DNA of 64,000 nt from Paraspadella gotoi (taxonomy: Eukaryota > Animalia > Chaetognatha). Below are positions 38,475-64,000 of the stretch, piece after piece. The position numbers and the translations under genes were made by a program. Numbering within the stretch: the first letter of the stretch is position 1; every line of letters begins with the position of its first letter. Location: NCBI GenBank assembly GCA_051294375.1, contig CM119263.1, forward strand, positions 30,567,376 to 30,631,375, read 5' to 3'. The notes below the pieces were generated by a model that had not been told where the DNA came from, did not search any database, and worked only from the letters and a program-made list of their open reading frames with translations.

Positions 38475-39056
38475 TACGGCGTTGACTTTCCCAATTTCCC
38501 CATCGACCCTTTCTCCCCTCCTCCTCTTCCTCCTCCTCTTCCTCCTCATCCTCCACTCACCCATAACATTCACTTCCGTTGTCCTACAACTTTGACCCAA
38601 ATTCAATTTGCATTTTTCATCCTATTTTTTGTTTTGACCTCAAATGCGAAAACCGACTGGAGGTAATTCGAGTCTCCGGCCCTTCGTTCCTTCTTTCGTT
38701 CGTTCCTTCATTCGTTCGTTCGTTCTTTTGTTCGTTCTTTCGTTCATTCGTTCGTTCCTTCCTTCAATGGGAAGCTCTTTCTGATTCTAGTTATTGAGTT
38801 TCGACTCTTTTCGTTGCGTTTAGAATTTATTTGTTTATTTGCTTTCTCTAGATTCTAGTTATAAAATTCGTACAAAAGTGCAAAAGTAAAAAAATATCCT
38901 TGCTTTATTTAAGTATTTTAAATATATATATATATATATAAGCGAACTCGATCTTTGATTTGAATTTTATTTCTTTTTATATAAATCTTCGTCATTATTA
39001 TCATCATCGTCGTCATCGTAAATGTCTTGTTGTCCTCTGGTTGTTATTATCCTCAT

Positions 39057-39096
<40 letters not shown>

Positions 39097-39353
39097 ATTT
39101 GCGATAGAGAAAAATCGTCGTCTTTTGTGATTTTTCTTTCGTCCTCACCACAGGAGGCCTTTGACGTCGTCTCGGTGTTGTTGTTGTCATCTTTAATGTT
39201 GTGTTGTTGTCGTCGTCGTCGTCTTGTTTTTATTGTCATTTAATTCTTAAACTTAGTCGTCGCATTTATCTTCATGGTTTTCGATGACTTAATTTATTAT
39301 CATTAGTATTATCATTATCAGTCATAAAACGTCGCAATTCATAGAATTCACCC

Positions 39354-39660
39354 CCTTGTATTTTGATGCTTATAGATGCTGATTGATGCTAATATATGAA
39401 ATTGTTACATATATTATATAGTATTCCCCGATCTAATACTTTAGGGATTGGTCCTTTTTTACAATTGAAACAATCTTTGAAATATTGTCCAACTTGAGAG
39501 AGTCTTGATAGAAAGCTTTCCTGCTATGTTATTATCTTGTAAGAGTGATGGAGGCCTTAAACCACCAATGCCTGTCCAGTGTCCAAAGTCAGGGGCCAGA
39601 TAGCTTTGTTATTAAAAGAATGGATAAGGTTTATATTGGTTGTTCCAAGTTCGTATACTA
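39354..39660 (+). mobile_element. Dispersed ~300-bp interspersed repeat with internal deletions
   Basis: Same family as 20828-21141. Confidence 0.8.
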
Positions 39661-39964
39661 CAAAAAAATATTATGCCTTATGAACCAACTTTTTAATTTT
39701 GCCAGTTTAAATTATGGTTTTCATCTTTGTTACGCAATATACAGAGTATATATACTATTGTTCAGCTAGTTTAGTTAAAAAAATAGTTTAGTTTTTCAGT
39801 TCAATTCAATTCAATTCAATAATAGTCGAAATTACAATCGCCGTCGTTTCAAAATTGAATATTGACCTTAAAATCATAAACATCGTCATCATCATCATCA
39901 TCTTTCTCTTAAGAAGCCGTCGCCCGATAAAAGAATTCTTCTTCCTTTAGTTCCTTCTGACATT

Positions 39965-39997
<33 letters not shown>

Positions 39998-40160
39998 TTT
40001 ATCCTAATCTCACGGTCAATCTAATATTGAATCCGTGATAGGAGAAAAAATATTTCGGGGGGAAAAATCATTCAAAAGAAGCGAACTTTGACTTACCCTG
40101 AACTTACCAATACCGACTTATTCTTAACAAAAAGACCTTATCTATAACTTTAGATTAAAA

Positions 40161-40741
40161 CGAAGCTCGCTTGGCCACGGAGAAGAGCATCGGGGAGTCT
40201 CGACCTCGAGACCCAGTCAGCCGCGACATGAAGCTCCAACCGATTGTGCCATGAGAACAGACAGCTGGTCTCTGTTGTTGTTGTTGTTGTTATGAAAGGC
40301 GGGTCGTCGTACTCGAGAATTCTCGTGCCACGCGACATCGCGACCCTCAACGACCGTGCCGTGAAGGCAGCTGAAGGCTGCGTGACCTAAACCCGAAAGG
40401 TTGGGGTCAAAACGATAGCGCATTGAATTTCTGACCCAGAAATGAACTCTCGACCAATGACCATTCTAACAATGCAATGGCCCACGTAAGGAATCAAGCC
40501 CTTTCTCTTCTACTATGCCCGTGCAAGTGGAATAGTCTGCATAGTTACTATGATCCGGCCATCAAGGCGAGTTTTCCCCGCATTGTGAAGCCCGCGAGGA
40601 GTGAAACCGGGTTTGTCATTCACAACCGTGGGACCGTGACTCGCAATGATAGAGCTCTATTCATTTCTTTGAAAAAGGGGCCCATCCTTGAGCAGCTGAG
40701 GGGCGAGCCGAGACGGGGAATTTCCGCTTCGAAGCTTTTTT
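40161..40741 (+). ncRNA. Candidate structured non-coding RNA, family unassigned
   Basis: GC-rich island with many hairpins and long-range stems whose G-U pairs favour the + strand; TATA-like TCTATAAC at 40141; terminal hairpin followed by T6. Confidence 0.4.
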
Positions 40742-40849
40742 GGGGTTTTTTAAACTTTACTAATCGAGAATTTTCCATAAAATTTTATTAGCCATCCCGG
40801 CGTGTGTAAGAGAGAGAGAGAGGGAGAGAGAGGCATCCTCGATGCTTCG

Positions 40850-40955
40850 CCGATTGGTCCATTCAGTTGAAGAAACCGAAAAAGCCGGAACTCGTCTCTG
40901 ATTGGTCGATTCGCCTAGACTTTTTTCAAAAGTGAAATGATGGAACGTGATTGGT
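40850..40955. promoter_or_regulatory. Cluster of three inverted CCAAT boxes, probable srGAP promoter region
   Basis: GATTGG at ~40852, ~40900 and ~40948 among (GA)n tracts, ~1 kb upstream of the first coding exon. Confidence 0.4.
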
Positions 40956-40983
40956 TGTTTCGTCGAAGAGATGAGAGAGAGAG

Positions 40984-41063
<80 letters not shown>

Positions 41064-41131
41064 GCTGCTGAGGCGTGTTGATATTACCGTCGTCTGCGAC
41101 GCTGCGACTGTAAGAGGAAGAGGAAGATGAC

Positions 41132-41207
<76 letters not shown>

Positions 41208-41356
41208 CCATTCTCTCTATCCCGCGCAGAAGGAAGAAGCAGAACGTAAAATCCTAGAGAGAGAGAGAAAAAAAAAAAGTCACGCATCCTAAGTAAAACG
41301 AAAAAAATTTTTTTGATGTTTTAGATAAGAAAAAGAAAAAAAACCGGGGCGTGGAA

Positions 41357-41400
<44 letters not shown>

Positions 41401-41931
41401 TCTTGTTCATTCGTCATCACAAACGACCAAAAATTCAAATTCATTTCGTCAAATCATTTTTTTTTTCGATTAAAAATTCCCTTTTTTTTATCCCAGGAGG
41501 AAAAACAAATATCAAAGCCACACGTTGCGGGTTTTATATTTATTTGAATTTACATGAAAATCCTGAAACTGAAACGCTTAAAAAAACAAACAAACAAACA
41601 AACAAACAAACGAACAACCCCGAAATGACAAAAAACAAAAAATTAAAACAAATTTCCTGTCACAAAAAAATCTCAAAAGTTTCTTCTGTTTTGAAAACGT
41701 TTTTGAATCATCTGTGAATGAGCGCTACCATCTGTAAATTACCGCCAAACCGTCTGCGTCCATCCAAACCTAAAAAAAGTTACTTCGTTATTAAAAAAAA
41801 AAAAAATGCAGAGATCGAATCGATAAGAATAACAACAACGATAACAACAACAAAAACCGGCGAAACTCCGCGCTAATGTAACTCAATCTTTTAATTTTCT
41901 TTTCGTCCTGACGACGACGACGACGACGAAG

Positions 41932-63452
<21,521 letters not shown>

Positions 63453-64000
63453 GTGAGAGGGATTGATTGAACGATTGGTGGATAGAAATTGATTGGTTGA
63501 AATATTGATTTGGAGATCGAGTTGAAGATTGAGATTGTTGGATTGAATAAATGACTGGTAGATTGATTTGAGTAATTAGTCGATTGATTAGTAGATTTTG
63601 ATTGATAAGTTGATTCAATGGTACTAAATTGTTCAATTAATCCATTCATCCATATTTGTTTCATTTGTTAGCACTGTTGATTGACTGGACAGACTACCTC
63701 TCATTAATCAATAATAATACAATTATCAGTTAATCACAGTAAATATGACAATAATTATTTAAGGAATAACAGATTTTTAATGTGTGACAACGAATTTTTA
63801 TTTCATAGGGACATGTTTCGACTCAACCACAGAGTTGAAATTAAAAATATGTTATTCCTTAAACTTAAACACAACGAAAAAGAAAGAATCATACCAATGA
63901 CAATAATTATATATTTTAATAATATAATAACAAAGTTGATTCGGTACACAAATCAAAGAGAGTAGTCTGGAAAAAGAAAAGAAGAATAAAATAATTATAT

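Noticed and set aside
40555-40800. RNase MRP RNA on the minus strand (GGAAATTCCCCG ... ACAATGCGGGG)
   Set aside because: The 3' motif lacks GGGGCU, there is no GARAR loop and no P1/P3; wobble pairs favour the plus strand

Overview
Eukaryotic DNA from an AT-rich, (GA)n-rich invertebrate animal, with spliceosomal GT-AG introns, one 25-N gap and many small indels between repeat copies that suggest a noisy long-read consensus. Positions 1-18.9 kb are a nest of transposable elements. It holds Helentron/DINE-like (HINE) elements, a complete 750-bp TRIM-type LTR element with a 4-bp TSD, a long-TIR element with an 8-bp TSD that contains a second copy of the element it interrupts, a MITE and LINE-like remnants. 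Positions 19-38 kb hold four intact genes that I reconstructed exon by exon: a secreted three-domain C-type lectin (-), a type II membrane C-type lectin-like receptor (+), an AQP8-like aquaporin (-) and a small secreted F5/8-type-C-like protein (+). From 41.9 kb to the end is an srGAP gene (F-BAR, RhoGAP, SH3) that runs off the window. Two signals stand out. First, tandem arrays are repeatedly built from the last bases of a coding exon plus its splice donor or stop codon, in three different genes. Second, an unassigned GC-rich, hairpin-dense ~580-nt island at 40.16-40.74 kb has Pol III-like flanks and may be a structured ncRNA. All exon calls are manual and unverified by RNA data.
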